Both the position numbers and the translations under genes were made by a program. The notes beneath the pieces were generated by a model. That model saw only the letters and a list, made by a program, of their open reading frames with translations. It had not been told where the DNA came from and ran no database searches. From NCBI GenBank assembly GCA_041304525.1, contig JBFYNF010000045.1, positions 7,479 to 71,478 on the forward strand: a stretch of 64,000 nt of DNA, written 5' to 3'. This document shows positions 1 to 9,674 of the stretch, in pieces (within the stretch, counting starts at the first letter, position 1; each line of letters opens with the position of its first letter). The DNA is from Thermoplasmata archaeon (GTDB lineage Archaea > Thermoplasmatota > Thermoplasmata > UBA10834).

Positions 1-1
1 G

Positions 2-415
2 ATGAAGGCCGCCGTGCACTACGGCTGTCACTTCCTGAAGCCGAGCAACATCAAGAAGATCGACGACGCCGAGAGGCCGCACATATTCGACGACATCGTC
101 GAGGCGGCTGGCGTGACGAGCCTGCCATTCAAGGACAAGGGGACTTGCTGCGGCGCGGGCGGAGGCGTCAGGGCGAGGACGCCCGATGTGGCGCTCAAGA
201 TGACCAAGGAGAACCTGACGAACATGAAGGCCGCGGGCGCCGAGGTCATCGTCGACTGCTGCCCGTTCTGCCACCTGCAGTACGACGCCGGACAGGCGCA
301 GCTCAAGGAGTTCGGCATACCGGTGCTGCACCTGTCCCAGCTGCTCGGGATGGCGTTCGGGCTCGACAAGGCGAAGCTTGGGCTAGAGGTCCACCAGACC
401 AAGGTGAACCTGTAA
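2..415 (+). CDS. CCG-domain Fe-S protein, C-terminal fragment (heterodisulfide reductase subunit B / GlpC-like); the gene starts upstream of the window
   Basis: Translation carries the cysteine-rich CCG signature twice (C..CCGAGGG and CCPFCH), typical of HdrB/SdhE/GlpC; the ORF is open to the window edge. Confidence 0.6.
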   Translation: MKAAVHYGCHFLKPSNIKKIDDAERPHIFDDIVEAAGVTSLPFKDKGTCCGAGGGVRARTPDVALKMTKENLTNMKAAGAEVIVDCCPFCHLQYDAGQAQLKEFGIPVLHLSQLLGMAFGLDKAKLGLEVHQTKVNL

Positions 416-420
416 ACCAC

Positions 421-711
421 ATGGGGTGTCCGGAAATGCACAACGCTAACCTCGTAGTGATAACCGAGGTGAGGAACGTGCCCCCGGACATCCGACCGTT
501 TGTTTCTTTCAGGGCCGATGTGGAAGAGAGGACGCTCACGGAAGACGAGCTCGTCGCAATCCTGGTCATAGACACGACCACGAGCTACATACCCGTGTTC
601 CTGAAGGACCCGCCCTCTATGGCGGGCCTTGAGGGGATGCTCGCCAAGCAGGACGCGAAGCTCACCTCCGAGGCGAAAGCGGCCCTCTCCAGGCACATCA
701 AGATAAGCTGA
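421..711 (+). CDS. hypothetical protein (about 96 aa)
   Basis: ATG directly after the HdrB-like stop. G/C-ending codon bias resembles neighbouring genes. No recognisable motif and no clear RBS. Confidence 0.3.
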   Translation: MGCPEMHNANLVVITEVRNVPPDIRPFVSFRADVEERTLTEDELVAILVIDTTTSYIPVFLKDPPSMAGLEGMLAKQDAKLTSEAKAALSRHIKIS

Positions 712-763
712 AAAGTTCATTACTGACCACGCGATACACGTGCCGCCCAAGGAGCGGACCGAT

Positions 764-904
764 ATGGCGCGGACGATGTTCAAGTGCTTCACGTGCGGCA
801 GAGTCTACAAGGACGAAGAGAGCGCGGTCAAGTGCCACAACGCCCCCGTCCAACGCATAGTGGAGAACGAGAGGGCGTCGAAGCCCAGGTTCCTGGGCAA
901 CTGA
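764..904 (+). CDS. small Cys-containing protein (46 aa, CxxC...C..H), possible zinc-ribbon-like
   Basis: ATG at 764 is preceded by AGGAGCGG 6 nt upstream. Peptide is MARTMFKCFTCGRVYKDEESAVKCHNAPVQRIVENERASKPRFLGN. Below the 60-aa cutoff of the ORF track. Confidence 0.35.
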   Translation: MARTMFKCFTCGRVYKDEESAVKCHNAPVQRIVENERASKPRFLGN

Positions 905-940
905 CCGTATTTTCTTTCGCCTCATACGGGAGGACGAGAC

Positions 941-2458
941 ATGTCACTGCAGGAGTTGCACAGAGAGGTGGACAGGAAGTGGAGCAGACACCTGGCCGAG
1001 ACCAGGAAGCTGCTCAGGATCCCGAGCGTGTCCATGACCGGCGAGGGCATCGAGGAGTCGGCTGCCGCGGTCGCGGACATGCTCTCGAAGATCGGGGCCA
1101 AGCCAAAGCTCTTCAAGGGCTCCAAGGGGAGCCACCCGCTGGTGACAGGCTATCTCGACGTCGGGGCTGAGAAGACCGGCATCCTGTACGGCATGTACGA
1201 CGTCCAGCCCGTCGGCGACCTGGACGAGTGGGACCACCCTCCGTTCGGCGCGACGATCGTCAAGAGGAAGCCGCACGGCGAGGTGCTGGTCAACAGGGGG
1301 GTATACAACTCCAAGGGTGCGCTCGCGGGCATGCTGCTCGCAGTCAGGACGATGTTGGAGAAGGACGACATGCCGCTGAACTTGCACTTCGTGATAGAGG
1401 GCGAGGAGGAGTGCGGCGGCCTCAGCCTGCCAAGGTACATAATGAAGAACAAGGAGCGATTGTCAAAGGCCGATGTGGCGTTCGGGTTCGATTACAACGA
1501 GAATTCCGATGGCGTGCCCGTGATCTCGCTCGGGCTCAAGGGGGTCGTGTATTTCGACCTCGTAGCGGAGGGGAACGCCGACACGGGCGGCCCGATGAAG
1601 GATGAGATACACAGCGGTGAGGCCTCATGGATCCACAACCCCGCGTGGAGGCTCGTGCAGGCCCTCTCGACGCTCGTCGACGCGGACCAGCGCCCCACGG
1701 TCGACGGACTCTGGGACGATGTCAGAGAGCCGGATGAGGACGACCGTGAGTTGATCAGGAATGTGGCGCCCAGGTTCGATCCCGAGGCGTGCCTCGGTGA
1801 CCTGGGGGTCGCGAGGTTCAAGGGCGAGGGGACGAAGGAGGAGATGATCACGAGGTACCTCTTCGAGCCGTCGCTGAACATCGATGGACTCATATCAGGG
1901 TACACCGACCCGGGCACGAAGACGGTCATCCCCAAGACCGCGACGGCGAAGGTCGATATCAGGACCGTGCCGGACATGACCATCGAGGGGACGAGGGACA
2001 AGGTCATGGCGCACCTGCGCAGGAGGGGCTTCACCGACATCAGGATGCGGACCTACGAGGACTACCCGTGGTCGAAGGTGTCGCCCCGCGAGACCATCTC
2101 CAAGGCCTGCGTCGAGGCGATGAGGTACCACGGCAAGGAGCCGGAGGTGTGGCCTATGATGGCCGGGTCGGCCCCGTTCTACCTGTTCGACCAGGTCCTC
2201 GGGGTCCCCTGGGGGGGCGTCGGCCTCGGGTTCGGAGGCAACGCCCACGCGCCGAACGAATTCGCCGTCGTGAAGGGCATGCGTGAGTTCGAGAAGAGCG
2301 TGATCACCGTCGTGCACGAGTTCGTGGCGCAGTCCGACAAGGACCCGCTGCTCGGAAGGGCCGACCACCCGGTGAGATCTAGGGGTGCTGAACGACGTCC
2401 GAGGCGCACCGATACGGTATGCGAACCGAAAGTACCTTTTTCGAACCGAGACAGATGA
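941..2458 (+). CDS. M20-family metallopeptidase (ArgE/DapE/CPG2-like, dimeric type)
   Basis: Motifs HGEVLVNRG..KGALAGML and FVIEGEEECGG with GFGGNAHAPNE are typical of the M20 catalytic and dimerisation domains. RBS GGGAGG upstream. The C-terminal tail of about 40 aa is basic and low-complexity. Confidence 0.8.
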   Translation: MSLQELHREVDRKWSRHLAETRKLLRIPSVSMTGEGIEESAAAVADMLSKIGAKPKLFKGSKGSHPLVTGYLDVGAEKTGILYGMYDVQPVGDLDEWDHPPFGATIVKRKPHGEVLVNRGVYNSKGALAGMLLAVRTMLEKDDMPLNLHFVIEGEEECGGLSLPRYIMKNKERLSKADVAFGFDYNENSDGVPVISLGLKGVVYFDLVAEGNADTGGPMKDEIHSGEASWIHNPAWRLVQALSTLVDADQRPTVDGLWDDVREPDEDDRELIRNVAPRFDPEACLGDLGVARFKGEGTKEEMITRYLFEPSLNIDGLISGYTDPGTKTVIPKTATAKVDIRTVPDMTIEGTRDKVMAHLRRRGFTDIRMRTYEDYPWSKVSPRETISKACVEAMRYHGKEPEVWPMMAGSAPFYLFDQVLGVPWGGVGLGFGGNAHAPNEFAVVKGMREFEKSVITVVHEFVAQSDKDPLLGRADHPVRSRGAERRPRRTDTVCEPKVPFSNRDR

Positions 2459-2602
2459 CCTCTGCGGGGCGTCCGAACAACCGGAGCGGCGACCGGTCCT
2501 GGCCGTTGCCGGGTATCATCTCATAAGGGCCGGAGCGTTGTCCGAGTCTGTGCAACGCGTGGCCGTCGGCGAACCCATCCAGCATACGCGAACTCACATT
2601 GT

Positions 2603-2610
2603 TTATATAG
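2603..2610 (+). promoter_or_regulatory. candidate TATA box (TTTATATA) for the SBP-PKD gene
   Basis: AT-rich octamer in an otherwise GC-rich 234-nt intergenic region, about 85 nt upstream of the start at 2693. Confidence 0.3.
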
Positions 2611-2692
2611 CATAAAGTCCAATGCCCGCGCGAAAGGGGGCCAGGGGAGTGCCCATCCGCCACTTTGTCGGATACAAGGGGAGTATAGGGGA

Positions 2693-5600
2693 ATGACGAG
2701 TATGTATATGGGAACATCAAAACGTGTGCTAGCGTTCTTTCTCGCGACTGCATTTTTGTTCATGGCCATCCCGATGGCCGCGGACACGCCTCCACCTGTG
2801 CGGGAGGCAGCGGCTCTCGGAGAGACTTACGTCCAGGTCGGCTACATGAACATGGAGATCTCGTTCTGGAACCCTCTGACCATACAGATGGTCGAGGACT
2901 ACGTGGCGTGCTACCTGATGTACAGCGCCCTTTGGACCTATGACGAGGACTGGGCGGGACCCGTGAGCGACCTCGCCCTCGAATGGGATTCCGAACCTCA
3001 GGCGAACGGATCGATGAATACCTATGTGAGAATCACCGACAACGCTTACTTCAGGAACATGGGCAACCTCGCGGACACGAGCCAGAAGCTCACCGCGTAC
3101 GATGTCTCATGGACATTCAACCTGATTATGAACAACACGGGCTACACCTTCGACTGGTACTTGAGGGACATATACGAGATCGAGGTGTTGAGTGATACCG
3201 AACTCATCATCAAGACGACCTTCGTGAAGGCCACCCTGATAGATGACCTGTCCGGAGTCCCGATCTTGTGCGAGGATTACTGGGGCGACCTGAGCCAGCC
3301 GATGGCGAAGAGCATGGCACCCGAGGCCCAGTATGGGACGGGGCCGTTCGTCTATGAGGACCACGAGGAGGCCAGCTGGTACGCATTCAAGAAGGCGCCC
3401 AACTACTTCGGCGAGATTGAATACGGTGGTGACAGAACCATCGACATAGACGGCATCATGTACCGCATCTATACTGACCCGAGCGGAATCGCGCTTGCCC
3501 TGAACAGCGGCGATGTCGACGCCGTGAACCTCGGAGGGGAAGTGACCACTTACATGGAGGTCCTGGGTGTCGGCACATCCCTCGACATCGATAAATTCGC
3601 TGTCTCGGAGCCAGGTATCTGCGACGTCGCGATTAACGGGATACCCGATTTCTTCGACACGAACACATACTACAACGGCAACCCCATCCTGAGGGACCCG
3701 TTCGTCAGGCAGGCCATCATGATGACGCTCGACAAGACCTACATCGTGGGCACCATCCTCAACGGCCTGGCTACGCCGGCCGCGTCTGTTGTGCAGCCGG
3801 GGGCCTGGCAGGCGGACATCGACGAGTACGCCTTCGACCCTGCAGCAGCCAGGCAAATCCTGATAGACCACGGATACAGCGCTGACGATGATGGTGACAC
3901 ACTCCTGGAGGCCACGAGTTCCTCCATGGCGGTCCAAGAGGGCTGGTGCGACGAGGGTGACGAACTCTCAGGATTCAGATGTGAAGCGCCCGACACCGAC
4001 CAGAACTACTACACCATTGCTCTGAACTGGGTCAATGATGCGTATGAGGCAGGCGTCGGACTGGTGGCTGCCCAGAAGTCCGAGGGCGTAATGACCTCCA
4101 AGGCCTGGTACCTGTCCGACTACGACATATGGGTATGGCACTGGGGCTGGGGACCTGAACCGATCGGCGCCGCACTCACATGCTGGCTGACCGAGGAGAT
4201 CAGGGATGGCGGATACAACTGCCAGGGTCCGATGGGACCATGGTGGGTCCATGGCGAGAGCGCGGACTATGAGGAGAACTACTCCACGAGCCCGTTCGTC
4301 GATGCCGCGATGATCGAAGAGTTCGGCATGGATGAGGAAGGCTTCATCGGCTTCTCCGCGTTCGACCAGAACATATCGATTGCGCAGCAGACCCTTGATG
4401 TGACAGAGAGGAAGGTCATCCTCGACAAGCTGCAGCAGTGGGTTTACGACTCCTACACCGAGAACCCACCGTACTATGACCTTGGACTCTACGGCGTCAG
4501 CACAGCCCACTTCGTCGGCTGGGGCGACTGGGAGGAACACAACGGACGCCCGATGACCTCGGATCTCCTCTGGACCTGGTTCGACCTGATGAACGCGGAC
4601 AACCTGGCGCCTGAGTTCACAAGCGACCTCGACACAGACTACCAGGCGCTGATAAATCAGGACTTCTACGTGACAGTCCAGGTTAAGGACCGAGACGGCG
4701 ACCCGATCACCGTCAACTGCACTTGGGGCGACGGAAGCCTGCCGGAACAGATGCTGCTGACTGGCGACACGACAATCGCTGAGTCGGTCACATTCACGCA
4801 CCAGTATACCACCGTAGCATCGGACCTCGAGCTGATGATTTCGGCCTGGGACGGCTTGCAGAACCACGAAGCCTCGACCAGCGCGCTGGTCGATGTCGTC
4901 ACCATCCTGGACTACGGCCCTGTGATTGTGCCAGGCTCGCTGGTTGGAACGCCGGCATCGCCGGTCTATATCGAGCAGGCAGTCGATTGGACGATTTCCG
5001 CGAGCGACGCCGAGACCGACGAAACGGGTGCGCTCAAGTTCACTTGGGTTTGGGACGACGGCACATACGACGTATCAGAGCAGATCCCGGCCGAACTCGG
5101 AGGCACGGTGACGGACACGCAGACCCACACATGGACCGACATTGGCACCAAGGTGGTGGAGGTATGGGTGTTCGACGGATACCAGGACGACGAGACGAGC
5201 TCGGAGCACAACATCACCGCGACCAAGACCTACACGGTTCTGGAGAACACCGCGCCGTACAGCCTATCGGCATCGGAGATCCTCTGGACGCCTGACACCT
5301 GGGCGACGGTTTCTGGATCCGCGATTGACAACGACCCCGACACGCTAACCTTCACCTGGGAGTGGGACGACGGGACGTTCAACGTGACATCGGTGCTCAA
5401 CGAGGACCCGGGCTCTACCTTGGCCAACTCAGTCAAACACATGTGGGATGCTGATGGCACGTACGACGTCACCCTATGGGTCGACGACGGAAATGACCAC
5501 AACGAGTCCGTATCGGGGACCGTCACGATATCCAGCAACCCCGGGCCGACGGCACTTGCCGTGGTCCAGGAGCCCAACCCCGGATGGGTCGATCAGGAGA

Positions 5601-6601
5601 TCACCTTCACCGCATCCGCGAGCGACGCCAACGGCGACCCGTTGACCATGACGCTCGAGTTCGGAGATGGAACGCTAGCGGTCGACACCACCGAAGGAGG
5701 TTCGACGGAAGCTCAGACCGTGGTCTTCACCCACACATACACGGCCGAGGGACCGTTCTCGGCGACGCTTTATGCAGACGACAGCACGACGAACTCGTCG
5801 TTGCCGTTCTCCGCCAGGGTGTCCGAGAACGCAGCGCCTGATGTCTCGATGCAGTCGTCGTTCGTTGCGGGATTCAACGTCACCTTCGAGATAGCGCCGA
5901 TCGAAGTCTCGGACGATGATGGCGACGTGGTGACGATCTGGTACGACTGGGGAGACGAGACGCCCATGACCATGGGCGACCCTGAGGACTATTACTCGGC
6001 GACGCACGTGTACATGGACATCGGGACATTCACCGTGAAGGTGTATGCGGACGACGGGATGGGGCACAACGACAGCATATCCGTGCCCGTGATGGTCAGC
6101 GAGACCAACCTCAAGCCCACGTTGGCCGACCTGACCTTGACCCCCGAGGCCGACACATACTTTGTCGGCGACGTGATCACCTTCACCGTGAAGGTCAGCG
6201 ACCAGGAGGGAGACAACGTCACAGTGGTGATCGACTTCGACGATGATACGACCGACCAGATGGTCGTCGACACACTGCCCGGCAACGTCAACGCAACGGT
6301 GAACTTCACGCACGCGTTCGAGACGATCGGGGACTACTCGGTAGTCGCGAGCGTCACGGACGGAGAGGACCACTCGGACATGACGCCGCAATCCAGGACC
6401 ACGGATGTGGACATCGTCGGCCAACCGGTCGATACCAACTGGATCCTCATAGGCGGGATACTCCTGCTGATTGTGGCCGTGATCGTGGCCGCGTTCCTGC
6501 TGATGAAGCGGAAGAAGGGAGCTGAGCCCGCCGCCGGCGAGGACGGAATGGAAGGGATGGCCGCCCCGGTGGACCAGTCCCCGCCCCCACCTCTGAACTG
6601 A
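2693..6601 (+). CDS. cell-surface anchored ABC substrate-binding protein (family 5, oligopeptide/dipeptide type) fused to six PKD-like Ig repeats, a C-terminal TM anchor and a Pro-rich tail
   Basis: N-terminal signal peptide. First roughly 640 aa resemble OppA/DppA-type SBPs and are followed by DppB/DppC-type permeases. Six repeats carry WDDGT/FGDGT/WGDGS PKD-type cores. End is WILIGGILLLIVAVIVAAFLLMKRKKG plus a PPPP tail. Confidence 0.75.
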   Translation: MTSMYMGTSKRVLAFFLATAFLFMAIPMAADTPPPVREAAALGETYVQVGYMNMEISFWNPLTIQMVEDYVACYLMYSALWTYDEDWAGPVSDLALEWDSEPQANGSMNTYVRITDNAYFRNMGNLADTSQKLTAYDVSWTFNLIMNNTGYTFDWYLRDIYEIEVLSDTELIIKTTFVKATLIDDLSGVPILCEDYWGDLSQPMAKSMAPEAQYGTGPFVYEDHEEASWYAFKKAPNYFGEIEYGGDRTIDIDGIMYRIYTDPSGIALALNSGDVDAVNLGGEVTTYMEVLGVGTSLDIDKFAVSEPGICDVAINGIPDFFDTNTYYNGNPILRDPFVRQAIMMTLDKTYIVGTILNGLATPAASVVQPGAWQADIDEYAFDPAAARQILIDHGYSADDDGDTLLEATSSSMAVQEGWCDEGDELSGFRCEAPDTDQNYYTIALNWVNDAYEAGVGLVAAQKSEGVMTSKAWYLSDYDIWVWHWGWGPEPIGAALTCWLTEEIRDGGYNCQGPMGPWWVHGESADYEENYSTSPFVDAAMIEEFGMDEEGFIGFSAFDQNISIAQQTLDVTERKVILDKLQQWVYDSYTENPPYYDLGLYGVSTAHFVGWGDWEEHNGRPMTSDLLWTWFDLMNADNLAPEFTSDLDTDYQALINQDFYVTVQVKDRDGDPITVNCTWGDGSLPEQMLLTGDTTIAESVTFTHQYTTVASDLELMISAWDGLQNHEASTSALVDVVTILDYGPVIVPGSLVGTPASPVYIEQAVDWTISASDAETDETGALKFTWVWDDGTYDVSEQIPAELGGTVTDTQTHTWTDIGTKVVEVWVFDGYQDDETSSEHNITATKTYTVLENTAPYSLSASEILWTPDTWATVSGSAIDNDPDTLTFTWEWDDGTFNVTSVLNEDPGSTLANSVKHMWDADGTYDVTLWVDDGNDHNESVSGTVTISSNPGPTALAVVQEPNPGWVDQEITFTASASDANGDPLTMTLEFGDGTLAVDTTEGGSTEAQTVVFTHTYTAEGPFSATLYADDSTTNSSLPFSARVSENAAPDVSMQSSFVAGFNVTFEIAPIEVSDDDGDVVTIWYDWGDETPMTMGDPEDYYSATHVYMDIGTFTVKVYADDGMGHNDSISVPVMVSETNLKPTLADLTLTPEADTYFVGDVITFTVKVSDQEGDNVTVVIDFDDDTTDQMVVDTLPGNVNATVNFTHAFETIGDYSVVASVTDGEDHSDMTPQSRTTDVDIVGQPVDTNWILIGGILLLIVAVIVAAFLLMKRKKGAEPAAGEDGMEGMAAPVDQSPPPPLN

Positions 6602-6735
6602 CCACGAGGGCACACGGAAAAACCTTGACAAACCACTTACACCCCCTTTTATATGGGGCGTGAGCCAGACGGACAATCAAAACGAATACGAACCAGGTTC
6701 GGAACTGACAGACCATACTACCGGAAGGTGAACTC

Positions 6736-7716
6736 TTGGCTTCATTCAGGCGCGTGCTGTCGAAGCGGGTATTCAACGCATTCGTTACGATATTATTGAT
6801 CATGCTCGTCAACTTCCTCCTCTTCAGGGTCATGCCGTCCGACCCCGCGGACATGATGACCCCGAGGGACCCGACGACGCCTCCGGAGGTGAAGTGGAGG
6901 AACATCGAGGCGTGGGGACTGAACGACTCACTGTATGTGCAGCTCTACAAGTACTTCGTTGGGACGTTAACGGGTGATTGGGGGATATCATTCTGGTACG
7001 AAGACAATGTCGCCAACGTTTTAGGGAGTGCCATCGGCTGGACTATGCTCCTCTTAGGTACCTCGTCCGCGCTCACATTCATAATCGGCATAATCCTCGG
7101 CAAGTACGCCGCCCGCAAGAGGGGTAAACCGGCGGACGTGGCCATCACCTCGTTCGGCCTGTTCTTCTACGGGATGCCGATATTCTGGTTCGGCATCCTG
7201 CTGATGGTGCTATTCGTGAGCATCATACCCCTGTTCCCGAGCGGGCAGTACATTTCGGCAGGCCTCCACCCCGAGCTGACCCTGACATCCATTTCGGACA
7301 TCCTCTGGCACATGGCGCTCCCATGCGCCACGCTCACGATAGGATCCATCGCGGGCATCGTGCTCATACAGAGGAACTCACTCATAGACGTCCTGACGGA
7401 GGAGTACATAGTCACCGCCTACGCAAAGGGGCTGACAGAGGCACAGGTAATGAAGCGCCACGCGACTCCCAACGCCAGGTTGCCGGTTGTGACGACATTG
7501 GCGATGGATACGGCGTTCATCCTGGGAGGCGCGTTCCAGATAGAGGTCGTGTTCAGCTACAAGGGATTGGGGTACGTCACGATCGAAGCGATTGGCAGAC
7601 AGGACTACCCGATTCTCCAGTTCGTGTTCTTCATAGGTGGAGTCGCGGTAGTGATCGCCAACCTGATAGCAGACCTAGTGCTGGTCAAACTCGACCCAAG
7701 GGTGACGATTACCTGA
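6736..7716 (+). CDS. ABC transporter permease (OppB/DppB family)
   Basis: TTG start preceded by GGAAGGTGA. N-terminus ..LLFRVMPSDP matches the DppB N-terminal signature. Multiple TM segments with the EAA-like region. Confidence 0.85.
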   Translation: MASFRRVLSKRVFNAFVTILLIMLVNFLLFRVMPSDPADMMTPRDPTTPPEVKWRNIEAWGLNDSLYVQLYKYFVGTLTGDWGISFWYEDNVANVLGSAIGWTMLLLGTSSALTFIIGIILGKYAARKRGKPADVAITSFGLFFYGMPIFWFGILLMVLFVSIIPLFPSGQYISAGLHPELTLTSISDILWHMALPCATLTIGSIAGIVLIQRNSLIDVLTEEYIVTAYAKGLTEAQVMKRHATPNARLPVVTTLAMDTAFILGGAFQIEVVFSYKGLGYVTIEAIGRQDYPILQFVFFIGGVAVVIANLIADLVLVKLDPRVTIT

Positions 7717-7726
7717 TGGTGGTACC

Positions 7727-8659
7727 ATGACGTTCGAGAAGAAGTTCGAATCTGGCACGAGGAGACTCCTGGCATTCAACCCGCTGCTGGCCGACAAAGC
7801 CGGCCTATCGATGAGGAACATCGGGAGGACCACCGACCTCTTCATGGCGACGTGGATGGGAAAGATCGGGACGGGGATACTCGTGTTCTTCCTTGGAATC
7901 GTGGTGTTCACCGAGTTGTTCGTCCCCTACGACCCTGGAGATTTCACGACTGACAAGCTGCTGGACCCGAGTCTCGAGCACCCGTTCGGGACGGACCAGG
8001 TGGGTAGGGACGTCCTCACTAGGACCCTGCACGGCACAAAAGCCTCACTCATGGTGGGCTTCACGGCTATGATCATATCGATGGGGCTCGGGACAATCGT
8101 GGGCCTCGCCTCCGGATACTGGGGAGGGTGGAGGGACGAGGTGATCATGAGAGTCAACGACGTCTTCCTGTCCGTCCCGTGGCTCGTCCTGATGATTGTC
8201 ATCGCATCCATATGGGGCGCCCAGGACCTGACATCGGTCATCGTCGTTATCGGCGTGACAGGGTGGTCTACCACGGCGAGGATCGTGCGGTCGCAGGTAC
8301 TCTCCCTCAAGGCGAGGCAGTTCATCGAGAGGGCGAAGGCGCTCGGCGCGGGCGATTGGCACATCATAAGGAGGCACATATTCCCCAACGTCGTGCCCCT
8401 GATATTCGCCAACGCCATCCTGACCATCGCGATATCGATCCTCTCCGAGAGCACGCTCAGCTTCCTAGGTCTCGGGCCGCAGGACGTGGAGACCTGGGGC
8501 AGGGTGCTGGAGGACGCATACAACAACAACGTCGCCCTCGCTGGCCCGTTCATGTTCATCATCATGCCGGGAATATGCATCGTCGTGGTCGTCCTGGGGT
8601 TCACGTTCATCGGCTACGCGATGGACGAGATCCTGAACCCGAAGCTCAGGAAACGATGA
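7727..8659 (+). CDS. ABC transporter permease (OppC/DppC family)
   Basis: Starts 8 nt after the previous permease; polytopic membrane protein with OppC-like conserved loop. No ATPase genes follow. Confidence 0.85.
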   Translation: MTFEKKFESGTRRLLAFNPLLADKAGLSMRNIGRTTDLFMATWMGKIGTGILVFFLGIVVFTELFVPYDPGDFTTDKLLDPSLEHPFGTDQVGRDVLTRTLHGTKASLMVGFTAMIISMGLGTIVGLASGYWGGWRDEVIMRVNDVFLSVPWLVLMIVIASIWGAQDLTSVIVVIGVTGWSTTARIVRSQVLSLKARQFIERAKALGAGDWHIIRRHIFPNVVPLIFANAILTIAISILSESTLSFLGLGPQDVETWGRVLEDAYNNNVALAGPFMFIIMPGICIVVVVLGFTFIGYAMDEILNPKLRKR

Positions 8660-8761
8660 TCCGGGCGTCTGGTCGGCGAAAACCCTTTTCACAAACCACA
8701 GCAACCTTTTAATACGGCCACCTATTATCGAGCCACCTTATCATCCAACCAGGGGTATCAG

Positions 8762-9529
8762 ATGGCTCAGAAGGCAAGGGCTGCGACAAAGAAGGTCAAG
8801 GACAAATGGCGCGCGAAGCAGTGGTACAACATCCACGCGCCGGACATGTTCAGCAAGATGCAGCTCGGGGAGACCCCATCGGACACGCCTGACCATATAA
8901 TGGGCAGGATAGCCGAGGCGACGGTCCAGGATCTCACGGGCGACTTCTCGAAGATGCACATAAAGCTCAAGTTCAAAGTGACCGACGTGCGGGGTTTCGA
9001 CGCATTCACGCTCTACGACGGACACACCCTGACGAACGACTACGTCAGGAGGCTCACCAGGAGGAAGAGGACCAAGACCGACGCGGTCATCGATGTGACC
9101 ACGAAGGATGGCTGGGAAGTCAGGATAAAGCCCATGGCGGTGTCCGAGCAGCGCATACAGGCGTCCCAGGAGACCGCCATCAGGAACATCATGAAGGAAT
9201 CCGTCCTCAAGGTCGCGTCCGAGTGCACCATAAGCGACCTCGTCCGCAAGATCATCATGGGGGACATGTCCAAAGCGATATCCGACGCGTCGAAGATCAT
9301 CGTACCTGTCAAGAGGATAGAAATCGGCAAGAGCGAGGTCATCAAGGCGGGCAGGCCACCGGAGCCGGACGAGGCCCCGATCGTGGCCCCCGAGGAGCCC
9401 GAGCCAGCACCGGAGCCGGCGCTCGAGGTCGCCCCGGCCGAGGAGAAACAGCCGACGCCTGAGCCGGCCCCTGCGACGAGCAGCGCTCCCGCCGAGGAAG
9501 AGATTCCCCCTGAGGAGAGGGCGCAGTAG
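8762..9529 (+). CDS. rps3ae: 30S ribosomal protein S3Ae (eS1) with an acidic/Pro-rich C-terminal extension
   Basis: N-terminus MAQKARAATKKVKDKWRAKQWYNIHAP is the S3Ae hallmark. The last roughly 55 aa are a PEPA/EEP low-complexity tail not usual for S3Ae. Confidence 0.85.
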   Translation: MAQKARAATKKVKDKWRAKQWYNIHAPDMFSKMQLGETPSDTPDHIMGRIAEATVQDLTGDFSKMHIKLKFKVTDVRGFDAFTLYDGHTLTNDYVRRLTRRKRTKTDAVIDVTTKDGWEVRIKPMAVSEQRIQASQETAIRNIMKESVLKVASECTISDLVRKIIMGDMSKAISDASKIIVPVKRIEIGKSEVIKAGRPPEPDEAPIVAPEEPEPAPEPALEVAPAEEKQPTPEPAPATSSAPAEEEIPPEERAQ

Positions 9530-9566
9530 CCCCCAGGGCCGCGCCTGCTCCGAGGGGAGACAACAT

Positions 9567-9674
9567 GTCGGGGTGGCTCAGCCTGGTAGAGCGTCGGACT
9601 CATAGGGAGTTCTTCTGACCAGATGCTCCTAGGACATCCGAAGGCCGCGGGTTCGATTCCCGTCCCCGACACCA
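9567..9674 (+). tRNA. tRNA-Met (anticodon CAT, elongator type; could alternatively be tRNA-Ile2) with a 31-nt intron at the canonical 37/38 position; CCA encoded
   Basis: Manual fold: acceptor GTCGGGG/CCCCGAC, D arm GCTC..GAGC, anticodon stem TCGGA/TCCGA with loop CTCATA|intron|A, T arm GCGGG-TTCGATT-CCCGT, then ACCA. Intron 9605-9635 lies between the anticodon-stem halves. Confidence 0.75.

Noticed and set aside
145-711. 188-aa plus-strand ORF overlapping the HdrB-like gene in another frame
   Set aside because: Arg/Gly/Pro-rich translation typical of off-frame reading of GC-rich coding DNA. The in-frame HdrB-like product has clear motifs. Only the part downstream of 421 was kept, as a low-confidence ORF.
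3107-6676. Long minus-strand ORFs (3107-3937, 3968-4867, 5675-6676) antisense to the SBP-PKD gene
   Set aside because: Antisense to a gene with strong domain evidence. Translations are Arg/His/Val-rich low-complexity sequence, characteristic of GC3-rich antisense frames.
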